Part shown: positions 38,170 to 49,908 of the stretch, piece by piece
How positions within the stretch are numbered: the first letter of the stretch is position 1
Layout: each line of letters starts with the position of its first letter
Assembly: GCA_048213135.1 (NCBI GenBank)
Contig: PS015010.1
Location: forward strand, 496,001 to 560,000
Origin: Reclinomonas americana ATCC 50394
Taxonomy: Eukaryota
Length of the DNA: 64,000 bases
Direction of reading: 5' to 3'
Program-made: the position numbers and the translations under genes
The notes under the pieces: generated by a model
What the model was told of the DNA's origin: nothing
Database searches by the model: none
Seen by the model: only the letters and a program-made list of their open reading frames with translations

Positions 38170-39303
38170 ATGGAAACATCCACCATACAACCCGCGGTTG
38201 CCAATGCAACGGCCGCTGATTTTCTCCCCCTGCACGGCACCGATTACGTTGAATTTTATGTAGGCAATGCCAAGCAGGCCGCCCATTTTTACAAAACCGC
38301 TTTTGGCTTCCAGTCGCTGGCTTATGCAGGTCCCGAGACAGGGGTAAAAGACAAAGCGAGTTATGTAATCCGGCAGAACAAACTCACGTTCGTACTTACC
38401 ACGCCGCTGCGCACCGATAATCCTATTGCCGATCACATCTACAAACACGGCGATGGCGTGAAAGTGCTGGCGCTGAAAGTAGACGATGCCACACGTTCCT
38501 TCAAAGAGACCACTAAAAGAGGTGCAAAACCTTACCTGGAGCCAACTGTACTGAAAGATAACGACGGCGAAGTGGTACTCAGTGGTATTCACACGTATGG
38601 TGATACCGTTCATTTATTTGTGGAACGCAAAAATTATAATGGTGTATTCATGCCGGGCTTTCGTGCCTGGACTTCCAATTATAACCCCGAATCCACGGGA
38701 CTGCTGTATGTAGACCATTGCGTGGGCAACGTAGGCTGGAACCAGATGAACCCCTGGGTAAAATTCTATGAAGATGTAATGGGGTTTAAGAACATCCTCA
38801 GTTTTGATGATAACGACATTTCCACCGAATACTCCGCCCTCATGAGCAAAGTGATGAGTAACGGCAACGGGTATGTGAAATTTCCTATCAATGAACCCGC
38901 CGAAGGCAAAAAGAAAAGCCAGGTAGAAGAATACCTTGATTTCTATAACGGTGAAGGCGTACAGCACGTAGCCATTGCTACGGCGGATATTGTGAAGACC
39001 GTTTCCGACCTGCAGAGCCGTGGTGTGGAGTTCCTCAGCATACCGCCCAGTTATTACGAAACGGTGCTGGAAAGGGTAGGTAAGATCGATGAAGACCTGC
39101 AACCCCTGCAGGACCTGGGCATTCTTATTGACCGTGATGATGAAGGTTATCTCCTCCAGATCTTCAGCAAACCACTGGAAGACCGCCCCACATTATTTTT
39201 CGAGATCATCCAGCGCAAAGGCGCCAAAAGTTTCGGCAAGGGCAACTTTAAAGCCCTGTTTGAAGCGCTGGAAAGAGAGCAGGATGCGAGGGGGAATTTG
39301 TAG
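38170..39303 (+). CDS. hppD: 4-hydroxyphenylpyruvate dioxygenase
   Basis: HGDGV, VDHCVGNV, GEGVQHVA, YLLQIF, FFEIIQR, FGKGNFKALFEA. Confidence 0.97.
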   Translation: METSTIQPAVANATAADFLPLHGTDYVEFYVGNAKQAAHFYKTAFGFQSLAYAGPETGVKDKASYVIRQNKLTFVLTTPLRTDNPIADHIYKHGDGVKVLALKVDDATRSFKETTKRGAKPYLEPTVLKDNDGEVVLSGIHTYGDTVHLFVERKNYNGVFMPGFRAWTSNYNPESTGLLYVDHCVGNVGWNQMNPWVKFYEDVMGFKNILSFDDNDISTEYSALMSKVMSNGNGYVKFPINEPAEGKKKSQVEEYLDFYNGEGVQHVAIATADIVKTVSDLQSRGVEFLSIPPSYYETVLERVGKIDEDLQPLQDLGILIDRDDEGYLLQIFSKPLEDRPTLFFEIIQRKGAKSFGKGNFKALFEALEREQDARGNL

Positions 39304-39342
39304 TGAGTCTTGAGTATAAAGTATCAAGTAGTGAGTATAAAG
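39301..39342 (+). repeat. TAGTGAG-like 7-mer array x6 starting at the hppD stop
   Basis: tagtgag tcttgag tataaag tatcaag tagtgag tataaag; reverse complement of the array upstream of hppD. Confidence 0.7.
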
Positions 39343-39369
39343 AAGGCCGGGGTTATATCCCGGCCTTCT
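39341..39369. terminator. Terminator hairpin between convergent genes
   Basis: AGAAGGCCGGG...CCCGGCCTTCT. Confidence 0.8.
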
Positions 39370-39395
39370 GATTGTATGAATGAAGTAAGATTGTT

Positions 39396-41861
39396 TTACC
39401 AGGAGGAGATGGCGACCCTTTTCCAGGTATTGGTAGCTACGCAAACGTAGATATAGTCTGTATCCCAGGCGATGTCGCCGGTGTTGCCGGTATCTGTTGC
39501 TGATGCCGGTGTTTTGGCATTTCTTAATCGTATCGTATTCGAATTCACATCCAGCAAAGCCGTAGGAGTTGAAGTACCGATGCCGGTATTGCCGCTTTTT
39601 AAAATGGTGAGCGCATCTGCTCTTGCAGCAGGTCCGGAACCGATCCCCACATTAAAAATACGGTCGAGGATATTGTGATGTGTTGTCGATAATGGTGTGT
39701 AGTCCGTACCATACAGGCCGACAGCCATCTCTCCCCAGGAAAAAGCGCTGTTACCCATGCCCAGTACGGAGGAATTGTTGCCCGATGCGGTTCCGCTGGC
39801 GCCCAATGCCAATGCTGTTGATCCGCTTGCGATATTGCCGCCTCCCGCAGCAAACGCATTACCCCCGCTAACCATATTGCTGGCCCCGAATGCCGCTGAT
39901 GCCTGCCCTGTCACCGTATTCCTGTCACCTGCCGCAAAGGCCTCAAACGCGGTTATTTTATTGAGAAACCCGAATACGGCGCCTGCGCTTGCCGATGCCG
40001 AATCGAGTATGCCGGCGACGATGGTGTGCCCGTATCCCGGGGCGATATAATTCTGGGTGCCGCCTACCAGCACATCTATGCCATTGATATTATTATTGAT
40101 ACCGGAGATAAGGGAACTGGTAGCTGTCACATTATTGCCCGATCCCTGTACGAAGGAGTTGGTGCCGGAGATGGTATTGCCGTTTCCGAATGCACCCGAC
40201 TGTGCCCCGCTCACATTGTTATTGGTACCTGTAACAAAGCCATTGGAACCACTTACGGTATTACTGCCGCCAAATGCCGCGGAAGATTGTCCCGCCGCGG
40301 TATTCCTGTCGCCTGTTGCAAAAGCCTCAAACGCGGTGATCTTGTTCAGGAAGCCGAATACAGCGCCTGCGCTTGCTGATGCCGAATCGAGTATGCCTGC
40401 CACAATGGTATGCCCGTATCCCGGGGCAATATAATTTTGTGTACCGCCCACCAGCACATCAATACCGTTAATGCTGTTGTTGATGCCGGAGATAAGGGAA
40501 CCGGTTGCCGTTACATTGTTGCCAGACCCCTGAACAAATGAATTGCCCCCGGAAAGCGTGTTGCCAGATCCCTGTATGAAGGAATTGGCGCCGGAGATGG
40601 TATTGGCGTTGCCAAACGCACCCGACTGCGTACCGCTCACATTGTTATTGGTTCCTGTAACAAACCCATTGGAGCCACTTACAATATTGCTGCCGCCGAA
40701 TGCCGCGGAAGCCTGTCCTGATGCGGTGTTCCGGTCGCCTGTTGCAAAAGCCTCAAACGCGGTGATCTTATTCAGGAAACCGAATACGGCGCCCGCGCTT
40801 GCTGATGCGGAGTCGAGTATGCCTGCTACGATGGTATGCCCATAACCCGGGGCGATATAATTCTGAGTGCCGCCTACCAGTACATCTACACCATTGATGT
40901 TATTATTGATGCCGGAGATAAGAGAACTGGTTGCCGTTACATTGTTGCCAGACCCCTGAACAAATGAATTGCCCCCGGAAAGCGTGTTGCCCGATCCCTG
41001 TATGAAGGAATTGGTACCCGAGATGGTATTGGCGTTCCCGAATGCGCCCGACTGCGCACCGCTCACATTGTTATTGGTGCCCGTAACAAAGCCATTAGAA
41101 CCACTTACGGTATTGCTGCCGCCGAATGCCGCGGAAGCCTGTCCTGATGCGGTATTCCTGTCACCTTGCGCAAATGCTTCAAACGCGGTGACCTTATTGA
41201 GAAAGCCGAATACGGCTGTGGCGCTGCCTGCTATGGAGTCAAGGTACCCTACAGCAATGGCATGTCCGTATCCCGGGGCGATATAATTCTGTGTACCGCC
41301 TACCAGTACGTCAACGCCATTAATGGTATTGTTGATACCCGTAACCATGGAACTGGTGGCATTGTTCACATTTCCTGTACCCACAGTGCCGCTGCCCGAA
41401 ACATCCAGTCGTACCAGCGGGTTGGTGGTACCTACTCCCAGGTTGCCGGTTGATGTGAGCCGCATCCTTTCCGTGTTGCTGGTACGGAAGACCAGTGCGT
41501 TATTATCCGTTGTGCCCAGGAAGTTGGAGGAAGGGCTGGTGCCTGCATTTCCCGTTGTGCTCCAGGCGGTATTGTTGTCGCTGAGCCAGGTCCAGCTGCT
41601 GCCGTTATAATAATAGAAGCCCGTACTGTCGGGAGCATTTTGAAAAATAAGCAAACCCGTGGCGGGTGATGCGATCGTGTTCTTTTCCGTTTTACTCATC
41701 CGGGGAATAAGCATCCCTTTTGCCGTACTTTTTACCTCAAGCATGGCGCTGGCATGTGCCGTACTTCCATCGGTGTTAATACTTACAGATTGAGCAGCGC
41801 TGATAAAAGGGGAAAGAGCAGTTAATAGAATAGCCAGTACAGGTCGTAATAAACTGTGCAT
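39396..41861 (-). CDS. Secreted fibre/adhesin-like protein with YadA-head-like 14-aa repeats
   Basis: Signal peptide, QSVSINT...KGMLIPRM N-domain, many N...G..S...G coils, C-terminal GDIAWDTDYIYVCVATNTWKR. Confidence 0.8.
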   Translation of the reverse strand: MHSLLRPVLAILLTALSPFISAAQSVSINTDGSTAHASAMLEVKSTAKGMLIPRMSKTEKNTIASPATGLLIFQNAPDSTGFYYYNGSSWTWLSDNNTAWSTTGNAGTSPSSNFLGTTDNNALVFRTSNTERMRLTSTGNLGVGTTNPLVRLDVSGSGTVGTGNVNNATSSMVTGINNTINGVDVLVGGTQNYIAPGYGHAIAVGYLDSIAGSATAVFGFLNKVTAFEAFAQGDRNTASGQASAAFGGSNTVSGSNGFVTGTNNNVSGAQSGAFGNANTISGTNSFIQGSGNTLSGGNSFVQGSGNNVTATSSLISGINNNINGVDVLVGGTQNYIAPGYGHTIVAGILDSASASAGAVFGFLNKITAFEAFATGDRNTASGQASAAFGGSNIVSGSNGFVTGTNNNVSGTQSGAFGNANTISGANSFIQGSGNTLSGGNSFVQGSGNNVTATGSLISGINNSINGIDVLVGGTQNYIAPGYGHTIVAGILDSASASAGAVFGFLNKITAFEAFATGDRNTAAGQSSAAFGGSNTVSGSNGFVTGTNNNVSGAQSGAFGNGNTISGTNSFVQGSGNNVTATSSLISGINNNINGIDVLVGGTQNYIAPGYGHTIVAGILDSASASAGAVFGFLNKITAFEAFAAGDRNTVTGQASAAFGASNMVSGGNAFAAGGGNIASGSTALALGASGTASGNNSSVLGMGNSAFSWGEMAVGLYGTDYTPLSTTHHNILDRIFNVGIGSGPAARADALTILKSGNTGIGTSTPTALLDVNSNTIRLRNAKTPASATDTGNTGDIAWDTDYIYVCVATNTWKRVAISSW

Positions 41862-42125
41862 TGGTTAAGGTTTAGGTTTAGTGAATCGTCAGCACAGGGC
41901 GGGAAGTGCGCCAAGATAAGCATTTTTAGATTTTGTAAGACAGGCTTTTACGATATCGCCGCAGGCCTTCCTTATTTCCTACTGGGCAATTTTCTTTGGA
42001 ATAATTATTGCCCCTTTAGTCAGCACATATATAAACGACCGGAAAGCCCCGTCCATACGGCCACAGAAACCATGTACCAGGGAGAATATGTTTACGCTCT
42101 GTGGAATAATTTCCTCATATCCGTT

Positions 42126-42173
42126 TATATCCAGGTTGGTATTCATAATATATCCAGGTTGGTATTCATAATA
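42126..42173 (+). repeat. Perfect 23-bp tandem duplication upstream of the kinase gene
   Basis: TATATCCAGGTTGGTATTCATAA at 42126-42148 and 42149-42171. Confidence 0.95.
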
Positions 42174-42195
42174 AAACACCGCAAACACTGCACCC

Positions 42196-45100
42196 ATGAG
42201 TAATCAGAAAACCCGGACCGGCAACTCCCTCAACGGATCAGGCACACTCGCCAATCCGCTTCCCAAAAAATTGAAACGAACCGGCAGCAGTATCAAACAG
42301 CGATCACCTGTGCGAAAAAAGGATGGCGGGGAAATGACGGAAAGCTTCAATAACAAGCAACTGCTGAAAGTACTCACGGAAATAAAAAATGGCAACTTCT
42401 CCGTACGTATGCCCATCGATGAAGTGGGGCTGAACGGTAAAATATGCGATACCCTCAACGATATCATTACCCTCAATGCCAGGATGATGATAGAATTTAC
42501 CAAAGCGGGCAACATCATCGGTAAACAGGGGAAACTCACACAACGTATTGAAGTGCCCAATGCCAAAGGTTCCTGGGGCATGGGCGTTGACTCGCTCAAT
42601 ACCCTTATCTCCGATCTTGTGCATCCCACCATTGAAATTGCGCATGTGATCAGTTCTGTGGCCAAGGGTAACCTGTCGCAGGAAATGCCACTCGAAATTG
42701 GCGGGCATGCGCTGAGAGGGGAATTTTCCCGTATCGCGAAGGAAGTGAATGACATGGTGAAACAGTTGAACCTGTTCTCCATGGAAGTAACCCGTGTGGC
42801 ACGAGAAGTGGGTTCCGAAGGTAAACTGGGCGGACAGGCGAAAGTAAAAGGCGTAGCCGGCGTATGGAAAGACCTCACAGATTCCGTGAACCAGATGGGC
42901 AGTAACCTTACCGCCCAGGTACGTAATATCGCTGAAGTGACCACCGCCGTGGCCAAAGGCGATCTGTCCAAAAAAATTACCGTGGATGTAAAAGGAGAGA
43001 TCCTCGAACTGAAGAATACCATCAACACCATGGTGGACCAGCTGAACTCTTTCTCCTCCGAAGTAACCCGTGTGGCATTGGAAGTGGGTACCGAAGGTAA
43101 ACTGGGCGGACAGGCCCAGGTAAAAGGTGTAGCCGGTACCTGGAAAGACCTCACCGACTCCGTGAACCAGATGGCCAGTAACCTGACCGGCCAGGTGCGT
43201 AACATCGCCGAAGTAACCACCGCCGTGGCGAAGGGTGACCTGTCACGGCAAATTACTGTGGACGTAAAAGGAGAGATACTTGAATTGAAAGATACCATCA
43301 ACACCATGGTGGACCAGCTGAACTCTTTCTCTTCCGAAGTAACCCGTGTGGCGAGGGAAGTAGGTTCCGAAGGTAAGCTGGGCGGACAGGCGAAAGTAAA
43401 AGGTGTGGGCGGTGTATGGAAAGACCTTACCGATTCCGTGAACCAGATGGCCAGTAACCTGACCGGCCAGGTGCGTAATATCGCGGAAGTAACTACAGCC
43501 GTGGCGAAAGGCGACTTGTCGAGAAAGATCACTGTGGATGTACGCGGCGAAATTCTTGAACTGAAAGATACCATCAACACCATGGTGGACCAGCTGAACT
43601 CTTTCTCCTCAGAAGTAACCCGTGTGGCATTGGAAGTGGGTACCGAAGGTAAGCTGGGCGGACAGGCGCAGGTAAAAGGCGTAGCCGGTACATGGAAAGA
43701 TCTTACCGATTCCGTGAATGGTATGGCCAGTAACCTGACCGGGCAGGTGCGTAACATCGCTGAAGTAACCACCGCCGTGGCCAAAGGTGATCTGTCAAGA
43801 AAAATTACCGTGGATGTAAAAGGAGAGATCCTTGAATTGAAAAATACCATCAACACCATGGTGGACCAGCTCAACTCGTTCGGCTCCGAAGTAACCCGTG
43901 TGGCAAGGGAAGTGGGTTCCGAAGGTAAACTGGGCGGACAGGCGCAGGTGCCCGGTGTAGCCGGTACCTGGAAAGATCTGACCGACTCTGTAAACGTAAT
44001 GGCGGGTAACCTTACTTCGCAGGTGCGTAACATCGCAGAAGTAACCACTGCCGTGGCAACAGGTGACCTGTCGAGGAAGATTGATGTGAATGTAAAAGGA
44101 GAGATCCTCGAATTGAAGAATACCATCAACACCATGGTGGAACAATTGAGAAGCTTCGCTTCCGAAGTAACCCGTGTGGCGAGGGAAGTGGGCTCTGAAG
44201 GTAAACTCGGCGGACAGGCGGCGGTAAAAGACGTGGGTGGTGTATGGAAAGACCTGACCGATTCCGTGAATGGTATGGCCAGTAACCTTACCGACCAGGT
44301 GCGTAATATCGCTGAAGTAACCACCGCGGTGGCGAAAGGTGACCTGTCCAGGAAAATTACCGTGGATGTAAAAGGAGAGATCCGCGAATTGAAAGATACC
44401 ATCAACACGATGGTGGATCAGCTCAACGCGTTTGGTTCCGAAGTAACCCGTGTGGCGAGGGAAGTGGGCTCCGAAGGTAAGTTGGGCGGACAGGCCGACG
44501 TACCGGGTGTTGCGGGTACCTGGAAAGACCTGACCGACTCTGTAAATAAAATGGCGAGTAACCTCACCTCGCAGGTGCGTAACATCGCGGAAGTAACCAC
44601 CGCTGTGGCGAATGGTGACCTGTCGAGGAAGATTGGTGTGGATGTAAAAGGCGAGATCCTCGAATTGAAAAATACCATCAATACCATGGTGGACCAGCTC
44701 CGCGGCTTCGCATCCGAAGTAACCCGTGTGGCGAGGGAAGTGGGTACCGAAGGTAAACTGGGCGGACAGGCGAATGTGCCTGGTGTGGCCGGTACCTGGA
44801 AAGATTTAACGGACTCCGTAAACCAGATGGCGGGCAACCTGACCGACCAGGTGCGTAACATCGCCGATGTGGCCATCGCCGTGGCGAATGGTGATATGTC
44901 GAAAAAAATTACGGTGGATGTTCGCGGAGAGATCCTGCAGTTGAAAGAAACACTCAACACCATGGTGGACCAGTTGCGTGCCTTCGCATCCGAAGTAACC
45001 CGTGTGGCGAGGGAGGTGGGTACCGATGGTAAACTCGGCGGACAGGCATTCGTACCCGGTGTGGCGGGTACGTGGAAAGATCTGACGGATTCCGTGAACC

Positions 45101-48100
45101 AGATGACGGGTAACCTTACCGCCCAGGTGCGTAACATCGCCGAAGTAACCAAGGCCGTGGCATCGGGTGACCTTTCCAAAACAGTGACCATCGACGTAAA
45201 AGGAGAGATCCTTGATCTGAAAAATACCATCAACACCATGGTGGAACAGTTGAACTCTTTCGCCTTTGAAGTAACCCGTGTGGCGAGGGAAGTAGGCACG
45301 GAAGGTAAACTGGGCGGACAGGCGGAAGTAAAAGGTGTGGCCGGTACGTGGAAAGATCTGACCGACTCCGTGAACATGATGGCTTCCAACCTCACCAACC
45401 AGGTGCGTGGTATCGCTAAAGTAGTAACGGCCGTGGCTACCGGTAACCTCAAACAAAAACTGGCGATCGTATCCCGTGGCGAAGTGGCGCAACTGATCGA
45501 TACCATCAATGAAATGATCGATACCCTGGCGCTCTTTGCCGACCAGGTAACCACCGTGGCCCGTGAAGTGGGTGTGGACGGGCAGTTGGGCGGACAGGCG
45601 AGTGTGCCCGGTGCATCCGGCATCTGGAAGAACCTGACGGAGAACGTAAACCAGCTGGCGCAGAACCTTACCACGCAGGTGCGCTCCATATCTGAAGTGG
45701 CATCGGCGGTAACCAAAGGTGACCTTACCCGTACCATACGCGTGGAAGCGAAAGGTGAAGTGGAAGCGCTGAAAGATACCATCAACCAGATGATCGCCAA
45801 CCTGAAGGAAACAACATTGCTCAACCAGGAGCAGGACTGGCTTAAATCCAACCTCGCCAAATTCACGCAGATGCTGCAGGGGCAGAGAGACCTTAAAACG
45901 GTTACGCAGCGTATCCTGTCGGAACTGGCGCAGGTGGTTACCGCTCACTGGGGTGCCTTCTATATTCTGAAACAGGACGAAGAAACACAGCATGTAAAAC
46001 TGAGCCTCTTCTCCGCATACGGTTATAAATCGGAAAAGAACCTGCCTACGGAATTTGCGATCGGTGAAGGACTGGTAGGGCAGGTGGCTTTCGAAAAAGA
46101 AAGGATCATACTTTCCAAAGTGCCTGGTAATTATATCAAGATCAGCTCTGGACTTGGTAAAGCGCAGCCTTCCAACCTCATCATCCTGCCGGTATTGTTT
46201 GAGAATGAAGTGAAGGCCGTTATTGAACTGGCTTCGCTCGATATATTCAGTGAAACGCACCTCGACTTCCTGAGCCAGCTGACAGAAAGTATCGGTATCG
46301 TACTCAATACCATCGAGGCGAACTCCCGTACGGAAGAACTGCTTACCCAGTCACAGTCACTTGCCGGGGAACTGAAATTACAACAGGAAGAACTGAGCCG
46401 TACCAACGACGAACTGCAGGACAAAGCGCTGCTGCTGGTAAAACAAAAGAACGAAGTGGAAGAGAAGAACAGCGAAGTGGAAGAAGCCCGCCGCTCACTG
46501 GAAGAAAAAGCAGAACAGCTTACCCTGACTTCCAAATATAAATCAGAATTCCTCGCGAATATGTCGCACGAGTTGCGTACACCACTCAACAGCCTGCTGA
46601 TCCTTGCGCAGCAATTGTATGAAAATGCCGAAGGCAACCTGAATGAGAAACAGATCCGTTACGCCAAAACGATCTACTCCTGCGGCGATGATCTTATCCA
46701 GCTCATCAATGATATACTGGATCTATCCAAAATTGAATCAGGTTTCATATCCGCGAATATCTCGCCCGTTCGTTTTTCGGAAATAGCTGCATTCGTGGAA
46801 ACCACGTTCAAGCCTATCTCTGAAGCCAAACACCTGCGTTTTACCATCGAAACCGATTCCGCGTTGCCGGTCAGCATGGAAACCGATCTGCAGCGCCTGA
46901 ACCAGATTCTGAAAAACCTTTTGTCGAACTCTTTCAAGTTTACGGAAAAAGGAGAAGTGAAATTGAAAATATACGAAGCCAACAGGAACTGGAAAACGGG
47001 CAACAGCAGTCTCGATGCTGCCAAACGCGTAGTGGCCTTCGCCATCAGCGATACCGGTATTGGCATCCCGCAGGAAAAACAGAACATCATCTTTGAGGCC
47101 TTCCAGCAGGCAGAAGGGTCTACCAGCCGTAAATACGGGGGAACCGGGCTGGGACTGTCTATCAGCCGCGGTCTTGCGGAGTTGCTGGGTGGCAGTATAG
47201 AACTGGAAAGTAGTATCTCGCAGGGCAGCACCTTCACCCTGTTCCTGCCTATTGATAACCTGGCCAGCGTTGTATCTAAACCATCCGACAACATCAGCGT
47301 GCACACACTTGGTGAGAACAAAGGTGAGATCGATAACCTGCTGAATTCAATACGTGCCACCGGCAGTGCCGGCGATTCCAAGAACCTGAACGTGGTCAAT
47401 GAGATGATCAACGATACAGGAGACGACCGTACCAATATTCAGCCGGGCAATAAAGTGCTGCTGATCGTTGAAGATGATCTGCGTTTTGCGAGGATCATGA
47501 TTGAGAAGGCGCACCAGAACAATATGAAAGCCATAGTGGCGATCAGTTATATTGAAGTGTTCGATTTTATCAACCGTTTCAATCCAGATGCTATTTCGCT
47601 CGACGTAAAACTGCCCGACACCAGCGGCTGGAAGGTGCTGGACATGATACGGAATGATCTCACTTATCGTCATATTCCCATGTACCTCGTATCCGGAGAA
47701 GAGAACAGGGCACTGGCATTGAAACGTGGTGCCAGGAATTTCCTGTTAAAGCCGCTCGACAATGAATCGCTGAACGAACTTTTTGATGACATCACCAGCA
47801 TCAGCACAAAAAAAATAAAGAAAGTACTGGTAGTGGAAGACAATGAACTGGACTCCTCGCAGATCGCTAAAATGATCGGCTTCGACCAGGTGAAAGTGAC
47901 CATTGCCGGCACGGGTAAGAAGGCGATAAAGCAACTCACCGATAGTGACTACGACTGTATCATTCTTGATTATACGCTGCCGGACATACCCGGCGCCGAT
48001 ATGATAACCAAGGTAGAAGAAGCCAAGAAAAAACTAACACCGGTGATCATGTATTCCGCCAGGGATTTCACCAAGCAGGAACTCAGCCACATCAACCGCA

Positions 48101-48621
48101 CATCAGGCACCGTACTGCTTAAGGGGGTGAATTCCCTTGATAACCTGCTCGAAGAATGCATTGTGCATTTGCACCTGAAGCACAAGGACCTGCCGGAAGA
48201 TAAACAGCGGATGATAGAAAGTCTGCGTGTTAAGAATGATATTCTCTCCGGAAAAAATATCCTTATCGTGGATGATGATGTAAGAAACCTTTTTGCACTC
48301 ACCACTGTGTTTGAACGTTTCAACATCAATGCCATCACCGCCGAAAGTGGTAAGGAAGCCATTGAAACGATCAACAATGAAGAGAAGAAAGTGGAAATGG
48401 TGCTGATGGACATCATGATGCCTGAAATGGATGGTTATGAAACCATACAGAAGATCAGGCGTGAGCACAAGAACAGCAGCCTGCCCATTATCGCTGTTAC
48501 CGCCAAAGCGATGAAAGGCGACCGGCAGAAATGTATCGAGGCCGGTGCTTCCGATTATATTACTAAACCGTTAAAAATAGATCAGTTGCTTTCCCTTATG
48601 CGTATCTGGTTCTATAAGTAA
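42196..48621 (+). CDS. Soluble poly-HAMP-GAF hybrid histidine kinase with three receiver domains
   Basis: 92-aa repeats, GAF (GEGLVGQ...LPVLF), [20 protein letters not shown], three REC domains; no TM helix. Confidence 0.95.
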   Translation: MSNQKTRTGNSLNGSGTLANPLPKKLKRTGSSIKQRSPVRKKDGGEMTESFNNKQLLKVLTEIKNGNFSVRMPIDEVGLNGKICDTLNDIITLNARMMIEFTKAGNIIGKQGKLTQRIEVPNAKGSWGMGVDSLNTLISDLVHPTIEIAHVISSVAKGNLSQEMPLEIGGHALRGEFSRIAKEVNDMVKQLNLFSMEVTRVAREVGSEGKLGGQAKVKGVAGVWKDLTDSVNQMGSNLTAQVRNIAEVTTAVAKGDLSKKITVDVKGEILELKNTINTMVDQLNSFSSEVTRVALEVGTEGKLGGQAQVKGVAGTWKDLTDSVNQMASNLTGQVRNIAEVTTAVAKGDLSRQITVDVKGEILELKDTINTMVDQLNSFSSEVTRVAREVGSEGKLGGQAKVKGVGGVWKDLTDSVNQMASNLTGQVRNIAEVTTAVAKGDLSRKITVDVRGEILELKDTINTMVDQLNSFSSEVTRVALEVGTEGKLGGQAQVKGVAGTWKDLTDSVNGMASNLTGQVRNIAEVTTAVAKGDLSRKITVDVKGEILELKNTINTMVDQLNSFGSEVTRVAREVGSEGKLGGQAQVPGVAGTWKDLTDSVNVMAGNLTSQVRNIAEVTTAVATGDLSRKIDVNVKGEILELKNTINTMVEQLRSFASEVTRVAREVGSEGKLGGQAAVKDVGGVWKDLTDSVNGMASNLTDQVRNIAEVTTAVAKGDLSRKITVDVKGEIRELKDTINTMVDQLNAFGSEVTRVAREVGSEGKLGGQADVPGVAGTWKDLTDSVNKMASNLTSQVRNIAEVTTAVANGDLSRKIGVDVKGEILELKNTINTMVDQLRGFASEVTRVAREVGTEGKLGGQANVPGVAGTWKDLTDSVNQMAGNLTDQVRNIADVAIAVANGDMSKKITVDVRGEILQLKETLNTMVDQLRAFASEVTRVAREVGTDGKLGGQAFVPGVAGTWKDLTDSVNQMTGNLTAQVRNIAEVTKAVASGDLSKTVTIDVKGEILDLKNTINTMVEQLNSFAFEVTRVAREVGTEGKLGGQAEVKGVAGTWKDLTDSVNMMASNLTNQVRGIAKVVTAVATGNLKQKLAIVSRGEVAQLIDTINEMIDTLALFADQVTTVAREVGVDGQLGGQASVPGASGIWKNLTENVNQLAQNLTTQVRSISEVASAVTKGDLTRTIRVEAKGEVEALKDTINQMIANLKETTLLNQEQDWLKSNLAKFTQMLQGQRDLKTVTQRILSELAQVVTAHWGAFYILKQDEETQHVKLSLFSAYGYKSEKNLPTEFAIGEGLVGQVAFEKERIILSKVPGNYIKISSGLGKAQPSNLIILPVLFENEVKAVIELASLDIFSETHLDFLSQLTESIGIVLNTIEANSRTEELLTQSQSLAGELKLQQEELSRTNDELQDKALLLVKQKNEVEEKNSEVEEARRSLEEKAEQLTLTSKYKSEFLANMSHELRTPLNSLLILAQQLYENAEGNLNEKQIRYAKTIYSCGDDLIQLINDILDLSKIESGFISANISPVRFSEIAAFVETTFKPISEAKHLRFTIETDSALPVSMETDLQRLNQILKNLLSNSFKFTEKGEVKLKIYEANRNWKTGNSSLDAAKRVVAFAISDTGIGIPQEKQNIIFEAFQQAEGSTSRKYGGTGLGLSISRGLAELLGGSIELESSISQGSTFTLFLPIDNLASVVSKPSDNISVHTLGENKGEIDNLLNSIRATGSAGDSKNLNVVNEMINDTGDDRTNIQPGNKVLLIVEDDLRFARIMIEKAHQNNMKAIVAISYIEVFDFINRFNPDAISLDVKLPDTSGWKVLDMIRNDLTYRHIPMYLVSGEENRALALKRGARNFLLKPLDNESLNELFDDITSISTKKIKKVLVVEDNELDSSQIAKMIGFDQVKVTIAGTGKKAIKQLTDSDYDCIILDYTLPDIPGADMITKVEEAKKKLTPVIMYSARDFTKQELSHINRTSGTVLLKGVNSLDNLLEECIVHLHLKHKDLPEDKQRMIESLRVKNDILSGKNILIVDDDVRNLFALTTVFERFNINAITAESGKEAIETINNEEKKVEMVLMDIMMPEMDGYETIQKIRREHKNSSLPIIAVTAKAMKGDRQKCIEAGASDYITKPLKIDQLLSLMRIWFYK
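42780..45800 (+). repeat. 276-nt coding tandem repeat (poly-HAMP units)
   Basis: WKDLTDSVN starts every 276 nt from 42865 to 45349 (10 copies), with a divergent copy at 45625 and another upstream. Confidence 0.95.
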
Positions 48622-48624
48622 ATC

Positions 48625-49908
48625 ATGAAGAAAAGGATATTATTGGTAGATGACAGGGAAGATAACCTGTTTTCCATGGAAACCATCCTGGAACAGGACG
48701 GCTATGAGCTGGTCAAAGCCGGGTCAGGGAGAGAAGCATTGAAGATATTGCTGAATGAATTTGATTTCGCGTTGATACTGATGGATGTGAAGATGCCCAA
48801 CCTGAATGGGTTTGAGACCGCCGCGCTTATTTATGAACGGGATAAGCTGAAACATATTCCCATCGTTTTCATAACCGCCAATAATTATGGCGAAGAGAAT
48901 ATGTTCAAGGGATACCGGACCGGCGCCATCGACTATATCTACAAACCCATCAATCCTGAATTGCTCCGCACCAAGGTATCGGTGTTCGTGGAACTGTATA
49001 CCAAAAATCACCAGCTGGTGGCGCAGGAGCAAAAGCTGATGGCCATCAACAGGAACCTGGAGAACGAGATCAAGGAAAGGATCATATCCGAAGAAAAAGT
49101 GAAAGAACTGAACCGGCAGTTGCTGCTGAATATCGACAACCTTGAAACCGCCAATAAGGAGCTGGACCGCTTCGCGTTTATGTCATCGCATGACCTGCAG
49201 GAACCTTTGCGTAAGATCAGGACCTTCACCGACCTGCTGCATTCCAGGTACAAAGACAGTTTTGATGAAGATGGTAACCGTTACATAACCCGTATACAGA
49301 AGGCGGCAGAACGTATGCAGGCGCTTATACGCGATATACTTCAGTTCTCAAAAGTAGCCAATCATAAAGACGCCTTTACAGATACCGACCTCAACCTGGT
49401 GGTAAAGGAAGTACTGGCTGATATGGAAACGGCTGAAGGATGGAATGAAGTGGAAATTACGGTAAGCCGGTTGCCCACGCTGCCGGTAAATCCTGTATTG
49501 ATGATACCGCTTTTTTCCAACCTTATCGGCAATGCCATCAAATACCGCCGGAAGAATGTAGCATCAGCCATCCGAATCTATTCCGAACTGGAAGGAATGA
49601 ACGGCTCATCTCATTCCATTCCCGGAATAAGGAATGAGAAGTTCCGGCGAATATTTATAGAGGACAATGGGATCGGTTTCGACCAGAAGTATGCCGAAGA
49701 GATATTCGACATGTTTGTACGGCTGCATGGCAACAGCGAGTATGAAGGTACCGGCATTGGGCTGGCCCTGTGCAGGCAGATCGTTGAACAGCACAAAGGT
49801 TTTATATCGGCGCTGAGCAAAGAAAATAGCGGCAGCACTTTTATCATCTCATTACCGGTTGAGCATAACCATGCTGCCCCTGTACCAATAAACACCAACC
49901 CATCATGA
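48625..49908 (+). CDS. REC-coiled coil-histidine kinase
   Basis: ILLVDD...LMDVKMP; SHDLQEPLRKI H-box; GTGIGL. Confidence 0.93.
   Translation: MKKRILLVDDREDNLFSMETILEQDGYELVKAGSGREALKILLNEFDFALILMDVKMPNLNGFETAALIYERDKLKHIPIVFITANNYGEENMFKGYRTGAIDYIYKPINPELLRTKVSVFVELYTKNHQLVAQEQKLMAINRNLENEIKERIISEEKVKELNRQLLLNIDNLETANKELDRFAFMSSHDLQEPLRKIRTFTDLLHSRYKDSFDEDGNRYITRIQKAAERMQALIRDILQFSKVANHKDAFTDTDLNLVVKEVLADMETAEGWNEVEITVSRLPTLPVNPVLMIPLFSNLIGNAIKYRRKNVASAIRIYSELEGMNGSSHSIPGIRNEKFRRIFIEDNGIGFDQKYAEEIFDMFVRLHGNSEYEGTGIGLALCRQIVEQHKGFISALSKENSGSTFIISLPVEHNHAAPVPINTNPS

Noticed and set aside
39900-41350. Near-identical repeats as a diversity-generating retroelement template/variable pair
   Set aside because: All copies are in-frame coding, differences look mostly synonymous rather than adenine-specific, and no reverse transcriptase is in the window.
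41856-42203. ORFs of 115 aa (+) and 72 aa (-) in the divergent intergenic region
   Set aside because: No recognisable motifs; they span promoter DNA and the 23-bp duplication.
42780-45800. Regular repeats as a possible CRISPR array
   Set aside because: Units are 276 nt, in frame and vary mostly at synonymous sites; no unique spacers and no cas genes.
42204-46260. Very long antisense ORFs (734, 482, 484 aa) opposite the poly-HAMP kinase
   Set aside because: Shadow frames produced by the repeated, codon-biased sense gene; no protein motifs or start context.
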